Sequence record: NC_061443.1
DNA: 64,000 nucleotides
Strand: one strand, 5' to 3'
Positions 9,422 through 18,651 of this stretch are shown here, in pieces. The notes below the pieces were generated by a model, which had not been told where the DNA came from, made no database searches, and saw only the letters and a program-made list of their open reading frames with translations. Position 1 is the first letter of the stretch. The number at the start of each line of letters is the position of its first letter. A program made the position numbers and the translations under genes.

Positions 9422-10030
9422 ATGTCTATCGTAACCTTCTTTGTAAAACGCTCGTATGCTTCACTTGGCGCAGGCAACTTCGCTATCGCTTCATCTTGCG
9501 TTCAAGAGCTTGCCGAAGCTGAATGTCTAATCGTGTACACGAACACGGGACTTGGCAACACGTTCGCCTTGAAGAACATCACGATTACACCGCTCGATGA
9601 AAACAGCGTGACACTTTCATTCGATCCACTGACCGATGTTCACGCGCTGCCTGCTTCGATTCTCCCTAAAGAGCGACTGAAAGAATCAGTCGAACGTACC
9701 GTAATGTCAGAAGATGATATGCGTGAAGTGCCGCGTTTCTGTGTAGCCAACGATGCGTCAGGCAACAACCCGAATCTGCTGGCGCTTGATCTTAACTGTC
9801 GCCAACGTTTCGTGCAGTACCACGGCGGTCTATGTACACTGACTGATCTTGTGCTGGCGCTGTATGAAACAGGCGTTCATATCTCTGACATTCACCAAGG
9901 CGTGAAACAGAAAAGCAACGTTACTGCCGTGCTTGCACAATATCCCCGCACTGTGTTTGAGTTGAACAAAGACAACGGCGTTGTGAATGACCAGCTGCCT
10001 ATGCTGGCGCGCATGACCGTACTAATGTAA
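9422..10030 (+). CDS. hypothetical protein
   Basis: GAGAG RBS before ATG 9422; terminator-like hairpin 10040-10064 follows. Confidence 0.75.
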   Translation: MSIVTFFVKRSYASLGAGNFAIASSCVQELAEAECLIVYTNTGLGNTFALKNITITPLDENSVTLSFDPLTDVHALPASILPKERLKESVERTVMSEDDMREVPRFCVANDASGNNPNLLALDLNCRQRFVQYHGGLCTLTDLVLALYETGVHISDIHQGVKQKSNVTAVLAQYPRTVFELNKDNGVVNDQLPMLARMTVLM

Positions 10031-10077
10031 ACATCTATCGCCTCGCACATGCGGGGCTTTTCTATTTGGAGAAAGCT

Positions 10078-10425
10078 ATGATCTACGAACGCGAAGGCCT
10101 TGAACAGAAAAACTGCATCGAGCTACACGCTATTGCTGAACAGCGTGGCCTGTTATCTGACTTCGATGAAGAAGATGATATCGACGAGCACCTGCTTATC
10201 GGCATTATTCTTGACGCGCAGAACGAAGACCTCGACGCTGAGGTCGAAGAATGTGAAGAACGCGACGCCGAAGAATACTGCGACGAGTGTGGTGGTTCAT
10301 TCGAAGGTCATGAAGGCCTTGACGAAGATGAACAGGATGCGCTCGATAAGCAACGCGCCGAAGATGATCGCGACCCTCGTATCAATCGCCGTGACGGCCA
10401 GGATGGTTCTGACGACTACTGTTAA
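10078..10425 (+). CDS. acidic protein with Rho-N/HEH-like N-terminal helix pair and CxxC
   Basis: GLEQKNCIELHAIAEQRGLL..LLIGIILDAQ resembles the Rho N-terminal pattern (L..EL..IA...G....L+..IL); D/E-rich tail. Confidence 0.65.
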   Translation: MIYEREGLEQKNCIELHAIAEQRGLLSDFDEEDDIDEHLLIGIILDAQNEDLDAEVEECEERDAEEYCDECGGSFEGHEGLDEDEQDALDKQRAEDDRDPRINRRDGQDGSDDYC

Positions 10426-10480
10426 GTAAACCCGGAGTCTGCCAAGCGCTGGTGGCCTCACTCACAACGAAGGAGTAACA

Positions 10481-10831
10481 ATGAAGCGCAAAGTAATATT
10501 GATAGACATAGCAGAGTTTCAAAGCAACCTACCGATAGCTGTACCGTCGATAATCGACTTCACTGATATCGAATCAGTGGTGTTTGTCGTGAAGACGAAT
10601 GCAGAGTACGGCGGCATCGAATATTTAGGCGCGTACTTAGCGTCTGAGATCTTCGTGGACTATACACAGATACCGTTGGCCCAAACGATCAAGATCAACG
10701 CGTACGGTGTCGTACCGTTAGAAGATTCAATGAAGAACAATCTTCAAAGCGGCTATCAGTACACGGACGATGTGCCTGACGAGCACAAACGCATCTATGC
10801 TGCAACGCCAACTACAATAACGTTCGCGTAA
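10481..10831 (+). CDS. hypothetical protein
   Basis: AAGGAG RBS; terminator follows. Confidence 0.75.
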   Translation: MKRKVILIDIAEFQSNLPIAVPSIIDFTDIESVVFVVKTNAEYGGIEYLGAYLASEIFVDYTQIPLAQTIKINAYGVVPLEDSMKNNLQSGYQYTDDVPDEHKRIYAATPTTITFA

Positions 10832-10837
10832 TACCTA

Positions 10838-10867
10838 AGGGCTGCCATTGCTGGTGGCCCTTTTTCA
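10838..10867 (+). terminator. Rho-independent terminator
   Basis: AAGGGCTGCC..GGTGGCCCTTTTT. Confidence 0.8.
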
Positions 10868-10909
10868 TTTCTGTAAATACCTCGTACATTCAACAATGCG
10901 AGATATACA

Positions 10910-11278
10910 ATGCGCCGCTTTCTGACAGTCTTCAATGTCACTCAACAAGAATTTGACGAGCTACGTTTCTATCGCCATAAGCTCAACATCATAACGACTC
11001 TGCGCCGTACACACGGTATCTTGCTGGCTGTACGTGAGACAGGCCGCGTGTTCAATGTCGTAACTGCTATCTATCAGCAGGCAGAAGAATACGATCTGCG
11101 CCGTGTAGACTTCACTGCTCCTTGTGAGGTCACGTTTGAACTTGGTGAGCGCTTCCTTGAATTGAAGCAAGCAATCGCAAATAACCTGCAAGATAAAAGC
11201 ATCCATTACTTCGGGCGCACGTTGAATCTCAATGAAGTGCAGGAGCAACTGTACGCCACCAAACTGGAGATAATCTGA
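10910..11278 (+). CDS. hypothetical protein
   Basis: 122-aa ORF coupled (TAATCTGATG) to next gene. Confidence 0.7.
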   Translation: MRRFLTVFNVTQQEFDELRFYRHKLNIITTLRRTHGILLAVRETGRVFNVVTAIYQQAEEYDLRRVDFTAPCEVTFELGERFLELKQAIANNLQDKSIHYFGRTLNLNEVQEQLYATKLEII

Positions 11279-11523
11279 TGACAACAATCGGAGCATCACT
11301 TGGTGCTCGCTTCGCTGCCACATCTTCGGAGCGTTGTTCTGCCCGCAAGAAAGCGCAGCCTCGTAATAAAACGCTCACGGCCGCAACGACTGCTGATATT
11401 CATAAAGCTGTCGAACGCCTGTCTATTAAACTGAATCTCACTCGCTCGAACACAATCGAACTGGCTATCAAGGAGCTGTGTGCGAAACACGGCATTGCAA
11501 TAGGCGAACCTGATGGCGTCTGA
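11278..11523 (+). CDS. ribbon-helix-helix (CopG/Arc-like) DNA-binding protein
   Basis: TLTAATTADIHKAVERLSIKLNLTRSNTIELAIKEL fits the RHH strand-helix-helix pattern. Confidence 0.6.
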   Translation: MTTIGASLGARFAATSSERCSARKKAQPRNKTLTAATTADIHKAVERLSIKLNLTRSNTIELAIKELCAKHGIAIGEPDGV

Positions 11524-11878
11524 CACTATCTACTGCCGATTGTACGGCGTTCAGTACCGTCTGAGAGTTACAGGCATAGACTTCTCACAATCACCTACTG
11601 CGTACACCGTAGAGCCTTGTGACCTGTTGCGTATGATGCCACGTATCATGGTGGGCGTTGCTTACGACATATATACGCCGTACAACGTACTCAAAGCGGG
11701 ACGCGCAGACTTCAAAATCAAACTGATTGAGAAGGTGAGCGCAGACGAGTGGCGATATTCATTTGTTGATTACGCAGGCAGACCGTTCAGCACTATTCTT
11801 AAACGGAGAAAGTATGACCATTGGTTTGATCAAAGTCCTAGGCCTAAAGGACAAGGCCCCAAAAGGGTTCGACCTTGA
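11513..11878 (+). CDS. hypothetical protein
   Basis: 121-aa ORF overlapping neighbours. Confidence 0.6.
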   Translation: MASDTIYCRLYGVQYRLRVTGIDFSQSPTAYTVEPCDLLRMMPRIMVGVAYDIYTPYNVLKAGRADFKIKLIEKVSADEWRYSFVDYAGRPFSTILKRRKYDHWFDQSPRPKGQGPKRVRP

Positions 11879-12446
11879 TATCACGCCAGTCTCACGCGAC
11901 GACGATTGGTGGTCACTGAGTCCTTTCTATCTTGGACCGTGCCGTAAGCCCGATGGAACGATGTTCCTAAACATGGAGAACATGTGGCAGTACAGCAAGG
12001 TGTACGAAGAACATCTGGTCAACTCGAACGACCTGTTTCACGGTGAGATATCCCGCGAGTGGTGGGAGTGGCATTTAAAAGGCAGCACAACTGAACAGGC
12101 GCATCGCTATCCAGCGGGGAAGGGTCGAAAGGCCCTGTTCTCGAAATGGGGCGACTTGCGCCTTTCGTACATTCCCGCACGAAAACAGATCTACGTGCCT
12201 GAGTATGCGAAGTTGGTGCTCCATAAGCCGAAGTTCAAACGCTTGTTGAAGGAGTATAAGAAAGGTGCCAAGATAGTCCTCAGGGATTATGACACTTACG
12301 ACATTCAGAAAGCCTATCCCGATTCTCGTAGTCCTTGGCTGTCTGCCATTCAAAACGAGAATGCAAAGTTCGGTCATGCGTTTGTTATTGCATTGGCCTT
12401 GATGTTTCACGAACGACCACTATGGTACAATCAATGGGTAATCTAA
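11814..12446 (+). CDS. NADAR-like putative ADP-ribosylhydrolase
   Basis: GGAG RBS before ATG 11814; WWSLSPFY and MENMWQYSKVY parallel NADAR motifs (LSNF; EHYFQAxKF). Confidence 0.55.
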   Translation: MTIGLIKVLGLKDKAPKGFDLDITPVSRDDDWWSLSPFYLGPCRKPDGTMFLNMENMWQYSKVYEEHLVNSNDLFHGEISREWWEWHLKGSTTEQAHRYPAGKGRKALFSKWGDLRLSYIPARKQIYVPEYAKLVLHKPKFKRLLKEYKKGAKIVLRDYDTYDIQKAYPDSRSPWLSAIQNENAKFGHAFVIALALMFHERPLWYNQWVI

Positions 12447-12751
12447 AGTATTTAGCCTGCATCGAGTTAAACACAAGAGAAGGCAACCTCAGAATGCCTA
12501 TCTTGCCTCGCTGTGATATGCGTTCTTTTCTTCTCGATAGCCTCACAGGTATCAAGGTGCCTGTGACGTTCGATACCACAAATATCATCAAGATACACAA
12601 CCAGACGTGCGGTAGCCTGCAAATGCTGACCGTGGCAGATATGATTCTATGGTCGTCGTTCGAGCCTGAAAGATTCACGTTATACATTGAACGGATATCT
12701 ACTGCTATCGAGAACACAAGCGCCCAGCAGGCTGCTGAACTCTGCAAATAA
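12434..12751 (+). CDS. hypothetical protein (start uncertain)
   Basis: Fills gap between NADAR-like gene and next promoter. Confidence 0.5.
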   Translation: MGNLKYLACIELNTREGNLRMPILPRCDMRSFLLDSLTGIKVPVTFDTTNIIKIHNQTCGSLQMLTVADMILWSSFEPERFTLYIERISTAIENTSAQQAAELCK

Positions 12752-12796
12752 TTGGCTAAAATAGCCATTCAGTCTGATACGCTCCTGTGTTATACT
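12738..12796 (+). promoter_or_regulatory. Class-1 phage promoter
   Basis: AACTCTGCAAATAATTGGCTAAAAT..TGtTATACT, spacing 36. Confidence 0.8.
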
Positions 12797-12841
12797 ATAT
12801 GTGAGCGCAGTGCTCATACAACCCACGCTGAGGAGCGTATC

Positions 12842-13291
12842 ATGACCACTCTATCTATCGCTGATTTGAAAACCCCTGCTGCTTTCACTACGAACCTGAC
12901 TTTCGGTCACATGGAAGAACTGCGGGCCAACCTAGAACGCGCCTTGAATCGCCCTGACCTTGAGGTCTATGTCGATTGTGATTCTAACTACACAATCGAA
13001 GAAGCAAACACTGACGGTCCTGACCAGCTGGTGGGCGACCATGAATGTATTAACGTTCACGTTCGTTATGCGGGTATGTCGTTTGATGAATCAACGGCGA
13101 AAGGTGTGTGGGATATCCTGATGCAAACTCCACACGAAGATAACAGCATGAGTGAATGGTCGAACTCATACATCATGTTCGTGGCTGACGAAGACCTCGA
13201 CGCGCTGGAAGAAGTGACGGTGGAAAACGGAAATCCACGTATGTACGAAACATTCGTTGATCGCATCAACTACTGGTTACCTAAGCTGTAA
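12842..13291 (+). CDS. hypothetical early protein, acidic
   Basis: GAGGAG hairpin RBS before ATG 12842. Confidence 0.8.
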   Translation: MTTLSIADLKTPAAFTTNLTFGHMEELRANLERALNRPDLEVYVDCDSNYTIEEANTDGPDQLVGDHECINVHVRYAGMSFDESTAKGVWDILMQTPHEDNSMSEWSNSYIMFVADEDLDALEEVTVENGNPRMYETFVDRINYWLPKL

Positions 13292-13293
13292 GC

Positions 13294-13715
13294 GATTTGT
13301 GAAGGGCATTTGCGAGTGCCCTTTGAAAATCCTAAACCATAAGCTGAGGAGCTTAACATGTCATCTTCTACTACTCTGACTTTCATCTTCCCAGAACTCA
13401 CCACTCTGGAAGTAACCATCGGCAACGGCGTTGTACCTGCGCGCCTTGAGGTTGCAGAGAATAAAAGCAAAACGTTCAGCGATATTGAAGCGCTGCGCCT
13501 GATGCAAGACTCAAACGTTAACGGCGTAATGTCGGGCTTCGACCTGTCGCTATTGAATCTGCTTATTGACCGCCACAACAATCGTGAGCACTTTCACTGT
13601 CAGGAGTGCGTAATGTCAGGCGCAACATACGCCCCATCGACGGGCTTGTACCTGAGAGTATCGCACCACCGCTAAGATTTGTGAAGGGCATTCTAACGAG
13701 TGCCCTTTGAAAATC
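13294..13715 (+). repeat. Duplicated intergenic hairpin GATTTGTGAAGGGCATT-n-GAGTGCCCTTTGAAAATC (13294-13331, 13676-13715)
   Basis: Near-identical copies right after consecutive stop codons. Confidence 0.9.
13358..13675 (+). CDS. hypothetical protein
   Basis: Hairpin RBS. Confidence 0.75.
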   Translation: MSSSTTLTFIFPELTTLEVTIGNGVVPARLEVAENKSKTFSDIEALRLMQDSNVNGVMSGFDLSLLNLLIDRHNNREHFHCQECVMSGATYAPSTGLYLRVSHHR

Positions 13716-13738
13716 AAACCTGTTCTAAGGAGAACAAC

Positions 13739-14092
13739 ATGCCAGTAACTGAACTGCCTATCGACGCTCGCGCTTTTGACGATCTGAGCAACAACGGTTT
13801 CGTGCAAGTAAGCAATGCAGTCTCTATGTGTGTCTGTCGTGGTGACCTTGAATTTCGCTATCACATTAAAGGTCGTCACATTGACGTTGCATATCGTGAC
13901 CGCAGCCCGAATGTCTTCGGGATTAGCACCTGTCGCATTCTGATGCCTTCAGAAGTTCTACGCGAAGATATTGTCGAGGACTTTGAAATCGTATGTGGCG
14001 ATGCGGTAATTCAGATTGAACGCCAGCGAGATTCGTTCTCGACGTTGCAGCGTATCGCTGGTGCTATCGAAGCGTGTATGCCTAAGAAGTGA
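13739..14092 (+). CDS. hypothetical protein
   Basis: AAGGAG hairpin RBS before ATG 13739. Confidence 0.75.
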   Translation: MPVTELPIDARAFDDLSNNGFVQVSNAVSMCVCRGDLEFRYHIKGRHIDVAYRDRSPNVFGISTCRILMPSEVLREDIVEDFEIVCGDAVIQIERQRDSFSTLQRIAGAIEACMPKK

Positions 14093-14156
14093 TTGTTGCT
14101 CGCAGGTTCTTACGAGAGCCTGCTGTCAACATAACCCATAAGCTGAGGAGCTTAAC

Positions 14157-14561
14157 ATGAAACAATATCCACTGCGCGGCCGAGTATACACTCTGAGAGA
14201 AATCGAGAATGACCTCGAATTGCGTGATAGTCCGTTCCTGCGCTTCGTTCCGCAGAAAGTTCGTCTGGCTGGGGAAAGCGAAGCTGGTATTCAGGTAATC
14301 CAGCAGTCACATATCGCCGACCTGTCTGACGTTGAAGGCTGGGCAGACACTGAATGGTCATACGTGCGCGAGACCGAAGAGTGGATTCCGCTTTTCCGTG
14401 CTGTTGATGACGCGGCGATTGAAGCGCTCTGTGTGATCGAGCCTGACGTGTCGCAGTATCGTTCTGAAAACAGCATGTTCATTTATCCTAAAGGCACTGT
14501 CTGCAAACAGTACGACGGGTACGATGAATCAATTCACGGTGATATGCTGATTCGCCTCTAA
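14157..14561 (+). CDS. hypothetical protein
   Basis: Hairpin RBS; terminator-like hairpin 14571-14602 follows. Confidence 0.75.
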   Translation: MKQYPLRGRVYTLREIENDLELRDSPFLRFVPQKVRLAGESEAGIQVIQQSHIADLSDVEGWADTEWSYVRETEEWIPLFRAVDDAAIEALCVIEPDVSQYRSENSMFIYPKGTVCKQYDGYDESIHGDMLIRL

Positions 14562-14622
14562 TAACTAAACAGGGATGCTCACGCAGGTGGGTGTCCCATT
14601 TCTCATTTAAGGACAATTTCCC

Positions 14623-15132
14623 ATGATACCAGAACTCACCCATATCTTTAACGTAATGATGACCAGCCTGAAAGATATTCGCAGCGTTGATCGTCTCCAT
14701 CTCATTAGCAAGAGCGCTGTACGCTTCCACCTGAAAGGCAAACAGTTCGACGTGCGGGGACACTTCCCGCTGTTCTCCGTACACGAAGTTGAAAGCCAGT
14801 GCTTGTCGTATTCGAAAGCCGCCAAAGAGATTGAAGCTCAACTCAATGGCGACCCTATCGAAGAAATCGAAGACCACACCCATGACGTGGCTATGGATGA
14901 CGTGTTGATTGCACATGTTGACAGCATGGAAGAAGATCGCGTTCGCGCATACAATGAAGAATGCGGCGGTCCTGATTTAGACCCGATCAACATGCAGCGC
15001 ACTTGGCTCAAGACGCATTTCCTGCATATCGGGCACAACACACCAGACCTCCTCGAAACAGTCCACATGATGGAGGGAACAGAACGCCGCAACGAACTGG
15101 CAGAAGCCGTTAAGGGGAAACTATGTTTCTAG
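14623..15132 (+). CDS. hypothetical protein
   Basis: AAGGA RBS; 169 aa. Confidence 0.75.
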   Translation: MIPELTHIFNVMMTSLKDIRSVDRLHLISKSAVRFHLKGKQFDVRGHFPLFSVHEVESQCLSYSKAAKEIEAQLNGDPIEEIEDHTHDVAMDDVLIAHVDSMEEDRVRAYNEECGGPDLDPINMQRTWLKTHFLHIGHNTPDLLETVHMMEGTERRNELAEAVKGKLCF

Positions 15133-15404
15133 CTTGGCTTAAATACTTGCGGAGTAAACGCAACAATCAATTCATGATCGAAGTGACAGCGGCAATCGGC
15201 AAGTTAGACCAACGTGACCGTGACCTGCTATGTCGAGCATTCAACTTACCTGCAAGCGATGACGGGTTGCTTACGTTAAGCAACATGAAGCGCAAGCAAC
15301 TCGCCGTGCAGTGCAATCAATACTACACCCGTGTGTCGGGTAATAAGTGGAGCGTGTACGAAGCGTTTCGCAAAGTCATTCACGTAGTAAGAACAGGAAA
15401 ATAA
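15123..15404 (+). CDS. hypothetical protein
   Basis: Overlaps upstream stop; basic. Confidence 0.6.
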   Translation: MFLAWLKYLRSKRNNQFMIEVTAAIGKLDQRDRDLLCRAFNLPASDDGLLTLSNMKRKQLAVQCNQYYTRVSGNKWSVYEAFRKVIHVVRTGK

Positions 15405-15407
15405 ACC

Positions 15408-15848
15408 ATGAACGAAATAGATATTCTGATCCGTGAGTTCGACCGGGCGTATCTGAAAGCAGAAGCATCACCTTTCGGTAACGTCGCCTATCACGTACAA
15501 GACCAAACAGACGGCCTGAAAAACATTGCACTCTATCTGCGTTTTCGTTCTGGCCCGCAGGCTCTTTGGCGGCGCCCTTGTTTAGTGCTCGCCACTATTG
15601 ATGTACGCAACTCAGGTAAAGGTACATTCAGTGAATTGCTTCGCCGCACGAAAGACTTATGCCGTGAGCGTGACTGGATTCTTCAAATTGAAAACGTCCT
15701 GACCCCTCAATTCAGGAAATTCTTACAGCGTGGTGGCTTCAAGCCATTCGGCATCGACAAGGATGTACCGTACGGAAGTCTCTACTGGTTTCATGACGAA
15801 ACAATCCCGCAGCAATGTGGTATGTATCAAGAGAGGGCACACCCATGA
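15408..15848 (+). CDS. GNAT-fold acetyltransferase-like protein
   Basis: LVLATIDVRNSGKGTFSELL (motif A-like) and IENVLTPQFRKFLQRGGF (motif B-like). Confidence 0.6.
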   Translation: MNEIDILIREFDRAYLKAEASPFGNVAYHVQDQTDGLKNIALYLRFRSGPQALWRRPCLVLATIDVRNSGKGTFSELLRRTKDLCRERDWILQIENVLTPQFRKFLQRGGFKPFGIDKDVPYGSLYWFHDETIPQQCGMYQERAHP

Positions 15849-16285
15849 TTAACTGGCCTGTAGTTCTCTGTGGATTGTTTCCGCTGATTGCTTGCTACAT
15901 AACAATCCCGTGGTTTCGCGTTGCTGTCAATCGTAGGCTGACATTCAAAGCGTTTGACTATGATGCACTGGACGAAATACTGACTGATGGTATGCCTGAG
16001 AAACTATCGATCACATGCCTGCAGGCTGTGTACAGAGTCAACACGCCCGCACACTCCCATGTTGATATCTACGCACACAAAGACAACGTTGCTGTTGTGC
16101 GTATGCTGGTGGACCCTAACTTCCCGATAGCGCGTTGCTTTCATGATGTACTGAACGCGAACATAAACGCATTCGCCTTGAAGTCACATAGACCTCCTGC
16201 ACTCATAATCAACCAGTGTATCTATCCTGTAGTTGAATATGAGTATGACGATACGTACCTGTTGATTTACGTTAAGCACAAGTAA
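15845..16285 (+). CDS. hypothetical protein with N-terminal transmembrane segment
   Basis: ATGA overlap; hydrophobic WPVVLCGLFPLIACYITIPWF. Confidence 0.7.
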   Translation: MINWPVVLCGLFPLIACYITIPWFRVAVNRRLTFKAFDYDALDEILTDGMPEKLSITCLQAVYRVNTPAHSHVDIYAHKDNVAVVRMLVDPNFPIARCFHDVLNANINAFALKSHRPPALIINQCIYPVVEYEYDDTYLLIYVKHK

Positions 16286-16294
16286 GGAAACATC

Positions 16295-16594
16295 ATGGTC
16301 ACCCAACAACAACTAACCGAGTTCGCTCTGCTGCCAACACTGCATCGTAAAGTTGTACTGCGTAGTATGCAGGTTGAAATGTTGGGTGCCTTGCCTGAGC
16401 TTACCGACATTGTGCGTGAAATGCTTTATCGTGCGATTGTCGTGGATGTGGCTCAGGCTGAACTGGCACTCTTAGCCGCCCGTCAAATGTGTGACAACAA
16501 AGATGTCCGCAAAGACATTGATGACCTTCTGCAATTTGCTGCGCGTCTGCATGACGTTGCAACTGATAACTTTATTACTGGAGATTTACTATGA
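16295..16594 (+). CDS. hypothetical helical protein
   Basis: AAGGA RBS. Confidence 0.7.
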   Translation: MVTQQQLTEFALLPTLHRKVVLRSMQVEMLGALPELTDIVREMLYRAIVVDVAQAELALLAARQMCDNKDVRKDIDDLLQFAARLHDVATDNFITGDLL

Positions 16595-17655
16595 ACAAGA
16601 CTGTTGGCCTGATGATTGATGAAGACGTAATGAACTGGCTGGACATGCTCATGCCTCACGAACTGCGCCGCGTTATCGACGCTCTGAATAACATCGTGTA
16701 CGCTCGTCGTCAGGAACTTACTGTCGAACGTCTGACCGAAGATGAAGACGTAGGCGCCCTGTCTCATAAAGAGCTGGAGATCATTCTACGTCACGCTTCC
16801 CCTAAGCATGAGTACGACACGTCCGTTCTGTCTAATGAGCAACTGCTCCGCTTGGCTATTGACGCGCAATCCATCATCCAGTACACACTGCCGTGTCACT
16901 GTTCGCCTATCATGGTCAAACGTGCTTTTGCTAACGGTCTTACGTGCTCCCTGCTGGGTAGCTTCTCGAATCGTGCTGATATCATCATGGCTGTTCATCA
17001 TTGGGAGTACGGCCTATCTAACATCTCACTTGATTCTATTACCGATAGCGATGCGCGTCCTGATGAACAGGGCCTGTACCTGTGCTATGACGAACACAAA
17101 CAGATTCGCTATGGTCGTCTATTCAAGAATGCAAACGAAGGCTGGACCTTCCATGAATCGTATTCGAATGGCGGCTCGACTTCATGGCTCGAAGCTGCGG
17201 AAGGTAAAGCACTTGATGACGATGACCTGCCGATCTGCTTGCTGTCTAATTGGGTATTCGTAGCACCCGACCAGTCTCCGTCAATCATTCGCAAAGAGAC
17301 AGATATCAAACGTCTGTCTGACACACAACGCATCTTCCTCTACCTGCGTAGCCTGAGTCCTCACGTTAAGGCTGAAATCGTTACTCACTTCGACGGTGTG
17401 CTCGACAATCGCGTATTCACGTCTGTTGATCAGATTGGTCGTCTGACAGAAACTGATTGGCGCAATGCTGCTATCGCAATCGGTGAAGAAGAACGTGGTC
17501 AAGAAGGTAAACACTACTGGGATGATCGCAGTGCTTGGGCCTGTTTCGTCGCTGTGCTCAACTCTCTGTGTTATGACATGGAAACACGCGACTTCCAACC
17601 TCAGTACGAGTATCAGGCTAACGACGACACTATGGAAGAAGATAACAATGGCTAA
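16591..17655 (+). CDS. hypothetical protein with possible HEH-like module
   Basis: 354 aa; DVGALSHKELEIILRHA..VLSNEQLLRLA resembles the module repeated elsewhere. Confidence 0.75.
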   Translation: MNKTVGLMIDEDVMNWLDMLMPHELRRVIDALNNIVYARRQELTVERLTEDEDVGALSHKELEIILRHASPKHEYDTSVLSNEQLLRLAIDAQSIIQYTLPCHCSPIMVKRAFANGLTCSLLGSFSNRADIIMAVHHWEYGLSNISLDSITDSDARPDEQGLYLCYDEHKQIRYGRLFKNANEGWTFHESYSNGGSTSWLEAAEGKALDDDDLPICLLSNWVFVAPDQSPSIIRKETDIKRLSDTQRIFLYLRSLSPHVKAEIVTHFDGVLDNRVFTSVDQIGRLTETDWRNAAIAIGEEERGQEGKHYWDDRSAWACFVAVLNSLCYDMETRDFQPQYEYQANDDTMEEDNNG

Positions 17656-18181
17656 ATCACTTGGCGTATACATGACTTACATTCTGCGCCACAAGCCGCA
17701 GGATATCGGAATTGCAATGGACACTCAAGGCTGGGTGTCTGTTCTGGACTTTTTGCAGAAAGCGAAGTATGCGAAACAGGTCACGCTCGAAATGCTGATT
17801 GCAGAAGTTGAGGCAGACGAGAAAGGCCGCTTCGAGTTCAACTCAAACAAGTCCAAGATTCGTTGTGTTCAAGGCCACTCGGTAGAGAACGTCATCCTGA
17901 ACCTTGAGCCGTTCACAGAACTTGAACCTCTGTATCACGGCACGGCAGAAAAGAACGTTGCTTCGATCATGCACGAAGGTATCACGAAACGCCGACGCAA
18001 ACATGTTCACATTAGTCGTGAGCAAGAAACTGCCGAGAACGTTGGGCGCCGTCACGGTCTGCCTGTTGTGTTCGAGATCGACACATTGGCGATGATCACT
18101 CACGGCTACAAGTTCTACCGTGCAGAGAACGGTGTGATCTTAACGGACCACGTACCTTCCAGATACATCAAGCTGGTGTGA
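17648..18181 (+). CDS. kptA: RNA 2'-phosphotransferase (Tpt1/KptA family, NAD-dependent)
   Basis: YILRH, D..GW, K.RF, IRCVQGHS, LYHGT, RKHVHIS, VGRRHG, NGV.LT..VP all match Tpt1. Confidence 0.95.
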   Translation: MAKSLGVYMTYILRHKPQDIGIAMDTQGWVSVLDFLQKAKYAKQVTLEMLIAEVEADEKGRFEFNSNKSKIRCVQGHSVENVILNLEPFTELEPLYHGTAEKNVASIMHEGITKRRRKHVHISREQETAENVGRRHGLPVVFEIDTLAMITHGYKFYRAENGVILTDHVPSRYIKLV

Positions 18182-18182
18182 T

Positions 18183-18584
18183 ATGGAAAAGACGTACATG
18201 ACACATTGGGGATCGCGCTATGTGCGGTCCTCTTCCGGAAAGTGGTATTCAGTTCATGGGCGTGATGGTACTTGGGTAACGAATCGTTATGGTACGCAGT
18301 TCTATCGTAGCGGCTCTGAGGTATGGAGGGACATAACTCTTGCCGACCGTCAGTCGTTGGAACGTGAGTTAATCAAACGCACCAGTGAAGACTACACCGA
18401 GCAAAAGCGTAGGTACGAATACTGGGGACGATTGGTGAGAGCGATTGCTCGCTGTTCAGAAGAGGAGAAGAATGAGCATACGGCAGAACTTGCCGAGATG
18501 ATCGAAGCGCTTAGACAGCAATTCTATGGACAGAAAGTGCAGCAATTAAGCACAACATTGGACGAAATAGCCGTTAAATCATAA
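18183..18584 (+). CDS. hypothetical protein
   Basis: 133-aa ORF immediately after kptA. Confidence 0.7.
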   Translation: MEKTYMTHWGSRYVRSSSGKWYSVHGRDGTWVTNRYGTQFYRSGSEVWRDITLADRQSLERELIKRTSEDYTEQKRRYEYWGRLVRAIARCSEEEKNEHTAELAEMIEALRQQFYGQKVQQLSTTLDEIAVKS

Positions 18585-18602
18585 GCTCGTTCGTGCTATA
18601 AT
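18550..18602 (+). promoter_or_regulatory. Class-1 phage promoter
   Basis: TTGGACGAAAT..TGcTATAAT, spacing 36. Confidence 0.75.
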
Positions 18603-18651
18603 AGAGATGAACGCTAGACAGTCGTTTAGCTACTTACATGAGGATATGTAT

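Larger units (their letters stand above)
13337..14159 (+). repeat. Identical 24-bp translation-start module CCATAAGCTGAGGAGCTTAACATG (13337-13360, 14136-14159)
   Basis: Exact repeat including the ATG of two unrelated genes. Confidence 0.9.
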
